63,208 nucleotides of DNA, from positions 1 to 63,208 of the IMG/VR virus record IMGVR_UViG_3300016457_001358, one strand, 5' to 3'. Within the stretch, counting starts at the first letter, position 1, and each line of letters begins with the position of its first letter. The translations under genes and the position numbers were made by a program. This document shows, in pieces, positions 27,268 through 38,087 of this stretch. Below the pieces are notes generated by a model that was not told the origin of the DNA, searched no databases, and was given only the letters and a program-made list of their open reading frames with translations. The DNA comes from a virus.

Positions 27268-30200
27268 TCAAATGAGTTTGAGAATCTTTTGATACCGATA
27301 CACGGTGTTTTTTGACAGTCCAGTCGCCAGACTGATGCTTCTTCTGGATTCGTTTTTTGCCGTGAGCTCGATTATCTGCTTCAATATTTTGCCCGTAACC
27401 TTCACGGGCTGACCGGCTTTTTTGATTTTGTCGAAAAGCATGATCCACGTTTGAGGCCCGATGTGCGCGATGTGGAATGAATACTCGCCCGTCATATCGA
27501 TCAGCTTCTTTGGCGGTTTAACCAGCACTGGAGCTCCCTCTTTTTTCGCCATTTGCAAAGGCTTCAGGTTAACATCGCCCTTGTCCGATCTGAACTCTAT
27601 TCTTATTTTGTGATCGGTCACTTCGTGGATGGTGTACACGCCTCTGGAAATTATGATAAAGACCCCGGGATAGCGCGTTTTAGCCGTGCCGATCTTATGC
27701 GTGACCCCGTCGAAGAACAGCCAGTCCACCGGCTCCGTCAGCTTGATCGTTCCTCTGACATGCGAACTGTCGGCATAGTTCGATTCTTCCACCGTTGCGG
27801 GAGTGAACAGCGTTATCCCTTCGAGGCAACCCTTGAGTTTGCCTTTTTTGAACAATGCCAGCGCGTCATCGTAGGTCAAGACTTTGCAAGTTACTTCGTC
27901 GGGAACAAACAACCTGACATCCCGGTGCGTTTTTCGCCCTATGCTGTGCAGGTGGATGACATAAGGCATCCACAGATTGTTGTTCATGATTTTTTTGAAA
28001 TTTCTCTGCATTCTCTCCGGGAAGTCCCTGATTATTTTGACTTCTTTGGCTTCCTCCGGCTCTTTTTTCAACTCTTCGTGCTTCACCGCAACGCCGATCG
28101 CGGTGACTATGTCCTCGAGTTCGTCTATTGTCGAAGTTTCCTTTTTTTCCGTAATATGATTGACCCTTGGCTTGTGAATCGAGTACCACCTGCCTTTGTC
28201 CGATTCGTGCCTCCAAACCTCTTCGACCAAAATGCTCAGTATGGCTCCCTCTTCGTATTTTTCGGATGTGTTGAACGTTTTGCCGAGAACCAGCACCTTT
28301 TTTCCTTTGAAATCGGTTATCTTGTCGGGGTTGATGCCGGCGTCCTTTTCCCTCAGATAGACTCCCACGAGATAGTTGTAAAGATTCTTTTCCTTGGGAA
28401 TTCGGTCCAGTATCACCACATCTATATCGACGAGGTTGCGAAATTTCAGCCACGACTTATGCTCTCCGAAATGATACTTTGCCGACAGGTCTTTGATCAC
28501 GGCCCCTTCCGAGTAAGGCAGATTCTTTGCCCACTCTATCGCCTTTCTGACTTCATCGACCCCTTTCGCAAACTTTCTCTGAATGAGCAAGGTTCTGGGA
28601 CCGAAGTTCAATTTATTCAAATATTTGATGCGCTCGTGTAAGCTCAGGTTCGTGATATCATTATCGAAGTAAACGATGTCCCATATAAATATCTTAATGT
28701 TTTTGTCGTCCACCTTTTTTCCGCTTTCGATCGCTCCTATGAATTTCATCAATGTGTTTCTTCCGAGCTGCTTGCCGTCGTCGAAAGGAACTATCTCGCC
28801 GTCCACTATGAAATTAGCATCGCTCATCTTCGATATCGCATCGCACAGAGTCGGAAACGCAAACGTCAGCTCTTTTTTTTGCTCTGAAAATATCTTCACT
28901 TCGCTTCCCTTTTTGTGGCAGCACACGTGAAATCCGTTTATCTTTTTCTCTACGGAGTATTCGATATCATTCCTGATCTTTGCCATTATGTCATCGATTT
29001 TGTAATAAGCCGAGCCCAGCGGTTTTTGAGGAAGATAAGGCTCGAACAGCCGAACCGAATCTCCGAGAATTATTTCGTTCATTTCCACTATTTTGGTCGG
29101 TTTGATGCGCTCCAGTTTCAAATCGTAAAGCGGAATGAATGAGTCGTGGCTGCCCTCCGCATCTCCCCATATCATGTGAATCTTCGGTATCAACTCGGCG
29201 TAGCCGTTTTCTTCGAGCATTTTCAGCAGCCTGACTTCGATCGCCCTTCTTATATACGAGTTCTTCTCCGCTCGCAATCTGATTTGCAAGTCCACATCGT
29301 TCGGTATGTGACCCTTTGGTCTTTTCACGGTAGAACCGACCAGAGAAATGCAGTCCTTGACTATTTTGAAGTCCTTGAATGCGTCCAGAAAATCGAGATT
29401 CGTCAAATCAACTTTCTTGTGTATCATCTCCTTTTCTCCGGTTATTCGCTTATACAGATCCAATGACCATTTCTTGTAGGTTTCCGGGTGAAACTCAATG
29501 CCCCTTTTCTTGAGCTCCTCGTATATCATTTTGGCGAGATTGACGAGAGTTTCTTCCGAATACGGTGTTTTCTCTCCTCTTTTCAGCTTGCTGTAATGGG
29601 CGCACACCAGTCTGTAATCGTCCTTCAAAACATCCGTGCTCAACTTTTTGGGATCATACGTCTCCGGGTTCTGTATCAAATTCGCTTCGACGTTCTGGAA
29701 CTCAAATTTTTCCAACACGCTTTCGATTTTTTCGGCGAGCGAATCCCACCAGCTTTCCCAACCTTTCTCGCCGTACCACACTTTGCCCGCAACGACCACT
29801 CTTGGTCTGTTCTCGGCGCCGATGTCGCATTTGGAATACAAGCCGTCCTGCTTGTCCAGCTCTTTGCTGATATCTTCGGCTTTGTCATCGTCGGCCGGGT
29901 TCGCCATCCTGAACACTATGAAGGCGACCCTCTCGGGCGACTTTCCCTCGTCGCTCGCCCTTATCTCTATCTCCTTGATCCCGTTCAGTTGCTCGAGCCA
30001 CTCGTCCTTTATATGAACATCGATATCGTTGAAACCGTTCCACGACTTCTTCGGACCGTCCGTGCGGCCGCTCAACCAGCCTCCCGGCGGCAATTTGTTG
30101 TATACCGCGTAGTATGCGAATGTGGGCGAATTCATTTTCGGCGTGTAATCCGCATTCAAAAATTCGATATCCTTCACGAATGTTTGCGTGCCTTTTTTAA

Positions 30201-32106
30201 ACTTCCACCTTCGCGGAGCTGAAAACTTCGTGATCCATTCAAACGAGAATTCGTAAAAATGCTTTTTGTCTTTCCATCCCCATTTTTCAATCTCGCTCTC
30301 GCTGATCAAATGAAGATTCGCCCTCTCGTCGAACTGCTTTTTCGTGATTTTGTTTGGCGCATGAAGCCTGATAACGCCGTAAACAAACTCTTTGTCCACG
30401 ACATAAAGAGCTTTGTCCACCATCTCGGGATAAGGTCTCGTCTTTATTATCAGCGATTTTTTTCCGCCCCATAACCATCTGGCGTGAGGCGACGGCAAAT
30501 AAATTCCCTCTCTCTGCTCGAACAGTTGCAACTCCACCAACTTCTGACTCGCGTCAATTGAATCGGGATCGTAGTTGCTGAATACCAGCTCGTATTCGGG
30601 CTTGTCGTTCTTGGCGAAGGTTCTTTTGTGGAGCATCTTTTTCATGTAAAAATCTTTGAACAAATCCCTTATCCAGTCGGCATCATTCAATGTTAAAAGA
30701 AACTTTCCCTTCACCGATTTCAAAATGTCGCGGAGCTCCCGCAGGTTTTCTTTCGTGAATTTCAAACCGTTTTTTTCGAACTTCCACTCGTCGGGATAAG
30801 GGGGATCGACAAAGAAAAACGTCTGCGAGGAGTCGAACCTCTTTATGATCGATTTGTAGTCCTGGTTGTATATCTTCACGCCCTTCAATCTGTTCCTCAG
30901 CGCGTCCCATCTGTTCAAAATCCCGAGCAACTTTTCTTTGTTGAACCAGCCGTATGTTTCTCTGTCTATTCCGTAAGAGTATCTCGTGAGATACAAAAAT
31001 TTGGCGAATCTCTCGGCATCGTTCTTCGGCTTCAATTCTTTGATCCTGAAAAAAGTCGGTTTGTCGTTTTTCCATGCGTATTGCCTGAGCCTTTGGGCAT
31101 CTTCGGCGCTCGTGCTTTGTATGAATTTGTACGCGAACGCGATCTCTGGATCGAGATCGTTTAAAACCTCGATTTCGCTCGGGCTCTTTCTCCAGAACAC
31201 CGCAGCTCCGCCGGCGAACGGCTCGCAGTAAATTTTGTGCTGTGGCATCATCTTGATCAATTTTTCCGCGACCCTGCTCTTGCCGCCCGGGCTGCCGAAC
31301 GCCTGTTGCATGAGTTCATGATCTTTGTATAGCACCATGCCGTCGTAAGACAAAATGATTTCGCTGCTCGATTTCCCCTTTATCTGGTTCCAGTATCGCC
31401 GAATCTGTTTTTCGGCCTCGTGATGGTCGGGATACGAGCGCCCCGCTTGTATCAGCACGAATTTGTCTGGATTGTATGCTTGAGCGTATGCCAGCGAATT
31501 GGCGACATTCAGATGCCCTCTCAACATCTTGCCCGTGGCAACTATCTCGCCTCCCCTTTCTTCCAAATTGTAAATGGCCGCATCCAGAATCATTATGTCC
31601 GCGTTTTTGAGATAGCGCTCGTTTTCTGCGGGGACCGATTCCATGTCCTCGGCATAAACCAAGCCGTCGATCCTGTACCCGTAGCAGGGAAATTTCTTGC
31701 CGGTCGGAAACGCCTCCGCGTGAATCACCCTGAAAGGAATTATCTTGAATCCCATTATTTCGTTCGTCTGGCGAGGAGTTATCGGTTTGAGAACGATGTT
31801 TTTGAACTTCTTTTGTAGCCTTTCGTTCGCCAGCACATCCGGGGGAGCGTAAACGTTTATGGGCTCGGTCAGCCACTTGTCCAGATCGGGCAGACCGCCA
31901 ATGCAGTCGGCGTGAGCGTGCGTCAGCAGGCAGAAGTCTATTTTCTCGATGCCGTTCTTCTCCGCTTGCTCCCTGAAGTGCTTGGTGACATCGATTATGA
32001 AGGATTTTCCGCCCTTTTCTACATAGATGGAGCTATTGGTGCGCCTGTTTTTTCCTCTTCCTTCAACTAACTGAGTCGGACCCGAGCCCAGCACAACTAT
32101 TTTCAT
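27268..32106 (-). CDS. giant multi-domain (polyvalent-type) virion-module protein: MBL-fold hydrolase + Dam-like N6-adenine MTase + ligase-like nucleotidyltransferase
   Basis: LLTHAHADCIGG; GGKSRVAEKL..YCEPFAGGAAVF..FFFVDPPYPDEW; EKKINGFHV..FIVDGEIV..SWLKFRN; likely start MKIVVLGSG at 32106. Confidence 0.75.
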   Translation of the reverse strand: MKIVVLGSGPTQLVEGRGKNRRTNSSIYVEKGGKSFIIDVTKHFREQAEKNGIEKIDFCLLTHAHADCIGGLPDLDKWLTEPINVYAPPDVLANERLQKKFKNIVLKPITPRQTNEIMGFKIIPFRVIHAEAFPTGKKFPCYGYRIDGLVYAEDMESVPAENERYLKNADIMILDAAIYNLEERGGEIVATGKMLRGHLNVANSLAYAQAYNPDKFVLIQAGRSYPDHHEAEKQIRRYWNQIKGKSSSEIILSYDGMVLYKDHELMQQAFGSPGGKSRVAEKLIKMMPQHKIYCEPFAGGAAVFWRKSPSEIEVLNDLDPEIAFAYKFIQSTSAEDAQRLRQYAWKNDKPTFFRIKELKPKNDAERFAKFLYLTRYSYGIDRETYGWFNKEKLLGILNRWDALRNRLKGVKIYNQDYKSIIKRFDSSQTFFFVDPPYPDEWKFEKNGLKFTKENLRELRDILKSVKGKFLLTLNDADWIRDLFKDFYMKKMLHKRTFAKNDKPEYELVFSNYDPDSIDASQKLVELQLFEQREGIYLPSPHARWLWGGKKSLIIKTRPYPEMVDKALYVVDKEFVYGVIRLHAPNKITKKQFDERANLHLISESEIEKWGWKDKKHFYEFSFEWITKFSAPRRWKFKKGTQTFVKDIEFLNADYTPKMNSPTFAYYAVYNKLPPGGWLSGRTDGPKKSWNGFNDIDVHIKDEWLEQLNGIKEIEIRASDEGKSPERVAFIVFRMANPADDDKAEDISKELDKQDGLYSKCDIGAENRPRVVVAGKVWYGEKGWESWWDSLAEKIESVLEKFEFQNVEANLIQNPETYDPKKLSTDVLKDDYRLVCAHYSKLKRGEKTPYSEETLVNLAKMIYEELKKRGIEFHPETYKKWSLDLYKRITGEKEMIHKKVDLTNLDFLDAFKDFKIVKDCISLVGSTVKRPKGHIPNDVDLQIRLRAEKNSYIRRAIEVRLLKMLEENGYAELIPKIHMIWGDAEGSHDSFIPLYDLKLERIKPTKIVEMNEIILGDSVRLFEPYLPQKPLGSAYYKIDDIMAKIRNDIEYSVEKKINGFHVCCHKKGSEVKIFSEQKKELTFAFPTLCDAISKMSDANFIVDGEIVPFDDGKQLGRNTLMKFIGAIESGKKVDDKNIKIFIWDIVYFDNDITNLSLHERIKYLNKLNFGPRTLLIQRKFAKGVDEVRKAIEWAKNLPYSEGAVIKDLSAKYHFGEHKSWLKFRNLVDIDVVILDRIPKEKNLYNYLVGVYLREKDAGINPDKITDFKGKKVLVLGKTFNTSEKYEEGAILSILVEEVWRHESDKGRWYSIHKPRVNHITEKKETSTIDELEDIVTAIGVAVKHEELKKEPEEAKEVKIIRDFPERMQRNFKKIMNNNLWMPYVIHLHSIGRKTHRDVRLFVPDEVTCKVLTYDDALALFKKGKLKGCLEGITLFTPATVEESNYADSSHVRGTIKLTEPVDWLFFDGVTHKIGTAKTRYPGVFIIISRGVYTIHEVTDHKIRIEFRSDKGDVNLKPLQMAKKEGAPVLVKPPKKLIDMTGEYSFHIAHIGPQTWIMLFDKIKKAGQPVKVTGKILKQIIELTAKNESRRSISLATGLSKNTVYRYQKILKLI

Positions 32107-33380
32107 TCGCGATCTCCATGAATTTTGGGCATGCCCTCTATCTCCCTGATGTAATCCTCGGTTTCCGGATTGGGAGTTATCAAACCATGCTTCGCGCATC
32201 TCGCTATTCTCTCCATCTTCGAATCGAGCTCCTCCAGAGAAATCTCCCCCCACTGTATTTTCACGGGCGGAACGCGGTTAACCTGGGAAATCCTTCTTAT
32301 CACTTTGGATTCGAGAACTCCCACCGTTCTCTCTATTATGTCCTTGAGCCTTATCTTGAAAATGTACTCCTGCCTGTTGAGAGTGGATCGGTTGGTCGTT
32401 TCTCCGAGCCCCGTCGCGAACGCTTTGGGTATGCCCATGCCGGTGATCATGACATCCATCCAGTAGTCGAGAAAGTTTCTTATTTTGGCGGACTGCCTCG
32501 ATTCCAGCAGACCGATCTTCAACCAGCTGGGATGGGAGAACGCGGTCAGGCTGTTGATGTCCTTCAGCTGCTCCGCAACCTTGGTTATCTGCTCCGGCGT
32601 GGCATCGTGAGTTTCGTCGCCCACCGACGCGTCGATCAGCGGAAAGCCGACCCTGTAGCTGGCGTTGGCGAAACCGTCCTCGACCGCCAGCTGCCTGAGA
32701 TACGACTTGTAAATCGGCTCGATCAATCCGATTCCGTAGAAGCCGTCCCCGACCTCGTACAGCTTGAAATGGGCGACCCTTTCCGGTGGCAGAAATATCT
32801 TGTTGCCCTGCAAAGAAACCTGGGGCGGGGGAGCGATTTTGTTGTTCACCCTTTCCATCGACGGAACCGACTGCGTGTATCCGACCGGGTTCCCGTAATC
32901 ATCCAGAGCGATTCTGTCCGAGCTGTCCTTCGCGTAGTCGAACCTTTTCGGATCTATGATGTCCAGATCGACTATCGCGCTCTTTTTCAAGCTCCCCTTC
33001 TCGATCGTGCCGTAGATTATCTCCCAAGGGCAGAACCCGTAGATGAACTGGTACTGAAATGTTTTTGTGAGAATGTTCCGCCAGTTCGTTTCTCCGCCCG
33101 TGTATCCGACATTGTCGAAAAACTCCGAAAAGTATTCGACGGCCTCTTTGCTGCCCTTCAAAGAGTACCCGGCGCTCATGATGATCTGGGTCAGCACGTT
33201 GATCGAGTTGTGTATTATTCCGTTTTTCGTGTAGCATTGCTCGAGCTCCTTCAGCTGGCCGGGAACCATCCTTTCCAATTCCGGCGTCGCTTTCTTGGCG
33301 ACGGGGACCGGCGAAATCTTCGAAACGGCCGAAGCCAGATTGAAGGACCTTCTGCCTCCGAACAAATCCGACAGCAGCAT
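32103..33380 (-). CDS. putative portal protein
   Basis: 425 aa immediately downstream of terminase large subunit; position and size only. Confidence 0.5.
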   Translation of the reverse strand: MLLSDLFGGRRSFNLASAVSKISPVPVAKKATPELERMVPGQLKELEQCYTKNGIIHNSINVLTQIIMSAGYSLKGSKEAVEYFSEFFDNVGYTGGETNWRNILTKTFQYQFIYGFCPWEIIYGTIEKGSLKKSAIVDLDIIDPKRFDYAKDSSDRIALDDYGNPVGYTQSVPSMERVNNKIAPPPQVSLQGNKIFLPPERVAHFKLYEVGDGFYGIGLIEPIYKSYLRQLAVEDGFANASYRVGFPLIDASVGDETHDATPEQITKVAEQLKDINSLTAFSHPSWLKIGLLESRQSAKIRNFLDYWMDVMITGMGIPKAFATGLGETTNRSTLNRQEYIFKIRLKDIIERTVGVLESKVIRRISQVNRVPPVKIQWGEISLEELDSKMERIARCAKHGLITPNPETEDYIREIEGMPKIHGDRE

Positions 33381-33389
33381 TCAACCACC

Positions 33390-33626
33390 TTATTTCTGCC
33401 TCATCTTCTTTACCAGCGCTGGAAATTCCTCGAAGCAAAGATAGTATAAGAATCCGCACGCGAACACGCTCACGATGTCGAACCTGAAATCGGCAAACGC
33501 CGAAAGTATCACGTTCAAAATGAAACCGTACGCCAAGGAATACAGAATGAAATTTTTGATGACGCCGAGCGATTCCGAAACCGATTTCCGCTTCAAAAAC
33601 CTGCGCAAAGAATCGAGCATTTTCAT
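33390..33626 (-). CDS. small membrane protein
   Basis: 78 aa, two hydrophobic segments. Confidence 0.3.
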   Translation of the reverse strand: MKMLDSLRRFLKRKSVSESLGVIKNFILYSLAYGFILNVILSAFADFRFDIVSVFACGFLYYLCFEEFPALVKKMRQK

Positions 33627-33628
33627 AA

Positions 33629-35149
33629 TTATAATATTATCGCTTTAGTATTTAAAGTTTTGTTTTCGATCGCTTTAGTGTTTAAAGTTTTGTCTTCGGG
33701 CTTGCTCTCCCTCTTGGTCCCGATCAACAGATCGCCCTTGGCATGCACCTTCACGGGAACTGCGCTGACGGCTAAAGCGAGCGCCATCACCATGTCGTCG
33801 TGGGCCGCGCTCGACTGGTAGCTCGTGATTCCCGACTGGGTCTTGACCTTTCTCATCGCCGTGAGCTCCTTGTAGAGCTCGTCCGTCAAATGCTCCGCGC
33901 GCGAGCCGGGCTTGTGAGGAAATATGATCTTCCTCTCCTCTATTATCCTCCTCAGGTTCATGAGATAGTTGATTCTCCTCTTGTAATCGAACCTGCAGCC
34001 GACGGCCCGAAGCCCCTGCATCCTCAGATCCTGTATGAAGTTCGACCCGAACAGGCTCTCGTCGATGAGAACCGCCTTCGGATGAAACGTTTCGCTCAAC
34101 TTTATCAGCTCCTTTCTCTGAATCGGGATTGCAACCCCCCTCATCCTCACGATCCTCCTCACCACGGCCGCCGCGCCCACATTGTCAACGACGACGAAAA
34201 CCGTGTAGTCGGCATCCTTGCCGGTCGAGTACGCCAGGTCGCAGCCGATGTAGCACGCCCCCTCCACATTGTCCGAGAAATCTATTTTGTCGTCCCAGCA
34301 GTTCAGCACCATGTTCGGGGGGAACAGCGCGTCCTCGACCGCGAGCGTATCCACCATGTACTCCCTGTCGAACTTTATGCTCCCCATCGATTCCCTTATT
34401 TCGGCAAGCCTTTCCGGGGGATAAAGCTCGGGAAATATCGACTCCCCGTACTTCATTCTCTTGTAAATCGGGCTGTCGAACCCCTTCCTCCCCTCGTACT
34501 TCCTGCTCTTCATCGCGGGATAGAACCGCGTGACGAACTGCTTGTTCTCCAGAAGCTTGTGGGGGATGTCGGTCTCCGATTCCGGCGTCGTTATTCCCAC
34601 GAGCTTGCCCCTCTCCGCCGTGACCCTGGTCAAAACATACCTGAAAAAGATGTCGTGGTTCGCGTAAGACGCCAGCTCGTCCGCCACGACGTAGTTCAAG
34701 TGAAACCCCTTTATGCTCTCCGTGTAAGGCCGGCAAAACAGCCTCGATCCGTTCGCCGTCTCGATCTTGGTCTTAGTCCACGTGACCTTGAGCCTCTCCT
34801 CGGGCTCAAGCTCCCTCAGCAGCTCGTTCTTCAGTATCATGTCCTTGTTTCTCTCGAGCAGCTTGGTCGCGTGCTCCATGATCTTCGATATGACCAGAAC
34901 CTCGGACCCCGGCTTGTAGTACAGTATCCACAGCGGAATCCCGACCCCGAATATGCACGTCTTTCCGAAGCCCGTCGGCGCAACTATGCAAACCCTGTCG
35001 TGCCTGCGCCACAGATCTATCCACTCCCTGTGGCACGGCTTGATGTGCCAGCCAAACACCCTCTCTATCCAGAATGCGGGATCCTTTTTGCCGCGCAGAT
35101 AAAACGCGTCGATGCTATCCCCCTTCAGTATTTGCTCCATCGTCCTCAT
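33629..35149 (-). CDS. terminase large subunit
   Basis: Walker A IVAPTGFGKT, Walker B YVVADE, C-terminal nuclease-like IGCDLAYSTGKDADYTVFVVVD. Confidence 0.85.
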   Translation of the reverse strand: MRTMEQILKGDSIDAFYLRGKKDPAFWIERVFGWHIKPCHREWIDLWRRHDRVCIVAPTGFGKTCIFGVGIPLWILYYKPGSEVLVISKIMEHATKLLERNKDMILKNELLRELEPEERLKVTWTKTKIETANGSRLFCRPYTESIKGFHLNYVVADELASYANHDIFFRYVLTRVTAERGKLVGITTPESETDIPHKLLENKQFVTRFYPAMKSRKYEGRKGFDSPIYKRMKYGESIFPELYPPERLAEIRESMGSIKFDREYMVDTLAVEDALFPPNMVLNCWDDKIDFSDNVEGACYIGCDLAYSTGKDADYTVFVVVDNVGAAAVVRRIVRMRGVAIPIQRKELIKLSETFHPKAVLIDESLFGSNFIQDLRMQGLRAVGCRFDYKRRINYLMNLRRIIEERKIIFPHKPGSRAEHLTDELYKELTAMRKVKTQSGITSYQSSAAHDDMVMALALAVSAVPVKVHAKGDLLIGTKRESKPEDKTLNTKAIENKTLNTKAIIL

Positions 35150-35429
35150 AATCGGTCACCAACCCAAGCCTCTCTTTCAAATAGCCGAGAATCATCTCAT
35201 CGCTGACCTCGATGATGGCGTAATCGTCGTGGAATCCCTTTCCCAAATAAACCAACCCGAGCCTGCAGCGATACACCTTTCTCTCGACCCACTCATCGCC
35301 GACCTTGACCTTCACGCGCTTCCCTATGAAGTACCCGGGCAAATTCACGGTCTTGACGATCAGCCTCTTTACTCTTCCCTTGCTCGTCCAAATAACCTCC
35401 CTTTCGGTAACTCTTCTTTTTATATACAT
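35115..35429 (-). CDS. small basic protein upstream of terminase (possible small terminase subunit)
   Basis: 104 aa; position only. Confidence 0.3.
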   Translation of the reverse strand: MYIKRRVTEREVIWTSKGRVKRLIVKTVNLPGYFIGKRVKVKVGDEWVERKVYRCRLGLVYLGKGFHDDYAIIEVSDEMILGYLKERLGLVTDYEDDGANTEGG

Positions 35430-36174
35430 ACTATAAAAATACGCTCAAAAATATAAAAACCTTGCGATGACACACCAGCGCCCAAAATGTCTTACTCTAC
35501 AGATACCGCTAAGGCAGTTCATTAAGATTACGGTAAGGAAGAACGCTTCGGTGCGGATTCGACATTCTCCCATCCCGCATGTCAGAGATATCCATTTTAC
35601 TTATGTTATTTGAATTCATAAGGAAGCGCTCAATTTCCAACAGACGCACAAAGTTGGATGTGCGAGGCCGATACCGGCAATTTTATCTCATTCACCGCCG
35701 CTTACCATCGATTCACAAAGCGGGCGGCAGTTTTGTAAAATCCTTGCGAGCTCAATCTCATTTTTTGCCCGGTCCCGTTGCAACAGCTCATCATCAGCAT
35801 CTCGCCAGTACAGCAAACAAATATTCGCGCGGGGATAAATGCGGTCGCTTTGGTAGCAAATGCGATATTTATGCAATATTGTTTTACAAACAGCAAATAT
35901 GCTATTCAGAACTAACGGATGCAATATCTATTTTGTAGGATATATGTTTTCGACTGTAAAATTTTGGGGAAAATAGCGAGGGCTGGCACTATACCCATTT
36001 ATCAAAAAATTTCTCGTGAATCCAAAATTCCGATATACAAATGCTTATATTACTATTGTGGCATATAAAACCAGATATAGATTATATTATAACAATACAG
36101 ACATATAAAATAGAAATTGCGACATAAAAATAAGAAAATGAAAAATAAAGAATATAAAAAAGAAAATAAAAAAA

Positions 36175-36894
36175 TCAAATATACATTTTTGCTAATGCTT
36201 GTATTTTCTGCATATCAATATGCTTTATTGTTGTTTGTGTTCTGTTTCTGTTTGTTTGTGTTTTCTGTTGTTTCTGATAAACAAATTTGTATATGTAAAA
36301 TATCTTTTGTCTCTGTAATTTCGCTATCTTCTCTCTCATCCATGCTAATAATATTTTTCTTCTTCTCTCATATTCTCTGTATTCTGTTATGCTCATATTC
36401 ATTTCTTTTGCTTCTGTGTGTTCTGTTATTCTTCTATGCTTCATTATTATGTTTCTAATATCAAAGAGATAATTGCTATTCAATTCATCGATCAATTTTT
36501 TTATTTCTCTGTTTATTCTGTTTATTCTTGATATTCTTGATTTGTAATTGTATATTGTTCTTATGTCATTATTTTTCTTCATTTCTTTTATTGTCGCATT
36601 TATTTGCTTGATTCTATGTAATGCTAATGTATAAATTCTGTCTGATGTTGTTGTTTTTTTTGCGATTTTTTGGCATTCTCGTCTTTCTTTCAATAATTGA
36701 TAATATTTGTTGTTTTGCTCTAAATCTCTTAATAATGTTGCTCTTATGTCTATGATTTCTTTATATTTTTCTGTTATCTCTATTATTCTTTTTGCTATTA
36801 ATAAATTTCTGTAATCTCTTGACATTCCATATCTGTTTTTTGCTGTTTCTTTTATTTCTCCAATTAACTCCTGATATGTTGCCATATTCATCAA
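36175..36894 (-). CDS. hypothetical K/R/I/N-rich protein in AT-rich island
   Basis: 239 aa; purine-rich coding strand; composition unlike the rest of the replicon. Confidence 0.3.
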   Translation of the reverse strand: MMNMATYQELIGEIKETAKNRYGMSRDYRNLLIAKRIIEITEKYKEIIDIRATLLRDLEQNNKYYQLLKERRECQKIAKKTTTSDRIYTLALHRIKQINATIKEMKKNNDIRTIYNYKSRISRINRINREIKKLIDELNSNYLFDIRNIIMKHRRITEHTEAKEMNMSITEYREYERRRKILLAWMREKIAKLQRQKIFYIYKFVYQKQQKTQTNRNRTQTTIKHIDMQKIQALAKMYI

Positions 36895-37140
36895 ATATTA
36901 TTATGCATTATGTATATAAAAAGATTATTGCCATTCTTTTATCATTATATAATATAAGCATCCAAAAATCTTAATTTGTTTCTCCAAAATATAAATTCTA
37001 ATCGCCAAATTGTAAAATATGAGATCAAATCGCTATTTATGATGGACCTGATTATAATCGCTATGATGCAACAAATATATTGATGAATATAATTGATGTA
37101 TGCTATTTTTACAATATATATAGAAACAATAAAAAGAGTG

Positions 37141-37350
37141 ATGCAAATGGACATAAACAAATTAATAGAACAAGCAAAGAATACAAGCACAAAAAGAGTC
37201 TCAAAAGATAAATATTTGTGCTTGTATTGGAATAAAGAGAAAGAACCCGAAAACTACAGAGTTGTGAAAGAATTCATGAAAAAACATGATTTGACACCCA
37301 CAGAATTGAAATTATTCCTTATTCAGATAATAAAGAGTAAAAACAATTGA
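37141..37350 (+). CDS. hypothetical small protein
   Basis: ATG at 37141 in frame 37093..37350. Confidence 0.3.
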   Translation: MQMDINKLIEQAKNTSTKRVSKDKYLCLYWNKEKEPENYRVVKEFMKKHDLTPTELKLFLIQIIKSKNN

Positions 37351-37359
37351 TTGCGGGTT

Positions 37360-37450
37360 CTTTCTTTTTGATTTGTTTGTTTTTGCTTTTTTTTATATTC
37401 TTTTATTTTTACTGTTTTAAAAGCGTTTAAAGGTTTTTAAGGGTGCTTGT
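37360..37450. promoter_or_regulatory. AT-rich upstream repeat, copy 1 of 3
   Basis: ttttaaaagcgtttaaaggtttttaagggt recurs at ~37735 and ~38050, each before a small ORF. Confidence 0.4.
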
Positions 37451-37684
37451 ATGAAGGAGAAAATTGAATGGAAAGAGTTTGAAATCGCGGGTAGCAAGTT
37501 CTATGCGGCAGTTGTGGGTATGGCGGTCATCGGAAACGAAACTCAAGTCATCGTTAGCGATGAAATTCATGCCATCAAGGGGGTCGCTTTTATACACGCC
37601 GACGGCAGCTTCACTTGGTTGAACCCGCCAGACAACTTCAAAGCCGATGTTGAAAAGAAGTTGCTCGAGTTGTATCCGCGATAG
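37451..37684 (+). CDS. hypothetical small protein
   Basis: 77 aa ORF behind repeat copy 1. Confidence 0.35.
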   Translation: MKEKIEWKEFEIAGSKFYAAVVGMAVIGNETQVIVSDEIHAIKGVAFIHADGSFTWLNPPDNFKADVEKKLLELYPR

Positions 37685-37799
37685 GATCTCTTTTTAATTT
37701 ATTTGTTTTTATTTATATTTTTTTATATTCATCATTTTAAAAGCGGTTTTTAAATGGGTCGTATATCGTTCATTTTAAATCTTTAAAAGTGTTGAAAAA

Positions 37800-37922
37800 T
37801 GACAAAAGAAACAAAATTCTTGGTAAGAGTGAATACAGGAGATACAAAGGTAGTATCTGAAAAAGAGATTGAAGAACTCGCTAAAAGCATTGAGTATAGT
37901 GTACTGGATGTCTATTTTTAGA
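37800..37922 (+). CDS. hypothetical small protein
   Basis: ~40 aa ORF behind repeat copy 2. Confidence 0.25.
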
Positions 37923-37952
37923 GTGGTTTAAGGATCGGACCCTTACCACTCT
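37918..37952. repeat. conserved hairpin after cassette ORF
   Basis: agagtggtttaaggatcggacccttaccactct; near-identical copy at 38268..38300. Confidence 0.5.
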
Positions 37953-38087
37953 CTGGGTGGGTCATACGGGTGGGGAGTTGATTACTAGAAGCGGTCAATT
38001 CCGCTTTAATTTTATTTTTATATTTTTATTTATATTTTTATATTTCTATTTTTAAACGATTTTAAATGGGTCACATAGGTGAATTAA

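Noticed and set aside
28900-29400. Ligase-like segment of the giant protein as an active DNA ligase
   Set aside because: Motif I reads K-x-N-G rather than K-x-D-G, so activity is uncertain; reported only as ligase-like.
27553-35206. Long + strand ORFs (27553..28641, 29488..30222, 32118..33449, 33800..35206) opposite the giant protein, portal and terminase
   Set aside because: They are antisense to ORFs with clear motifs (Walker A, Dam, MBL) and have no motifs of their own.
36117-36458. 113 aa + strand ORF in the AT-rich island
   Set aside because: Extremely low-complexity (L/F/C/S runs) translation of a pyrimidine-rich strand; the opposite strand carries the more plausible gene.
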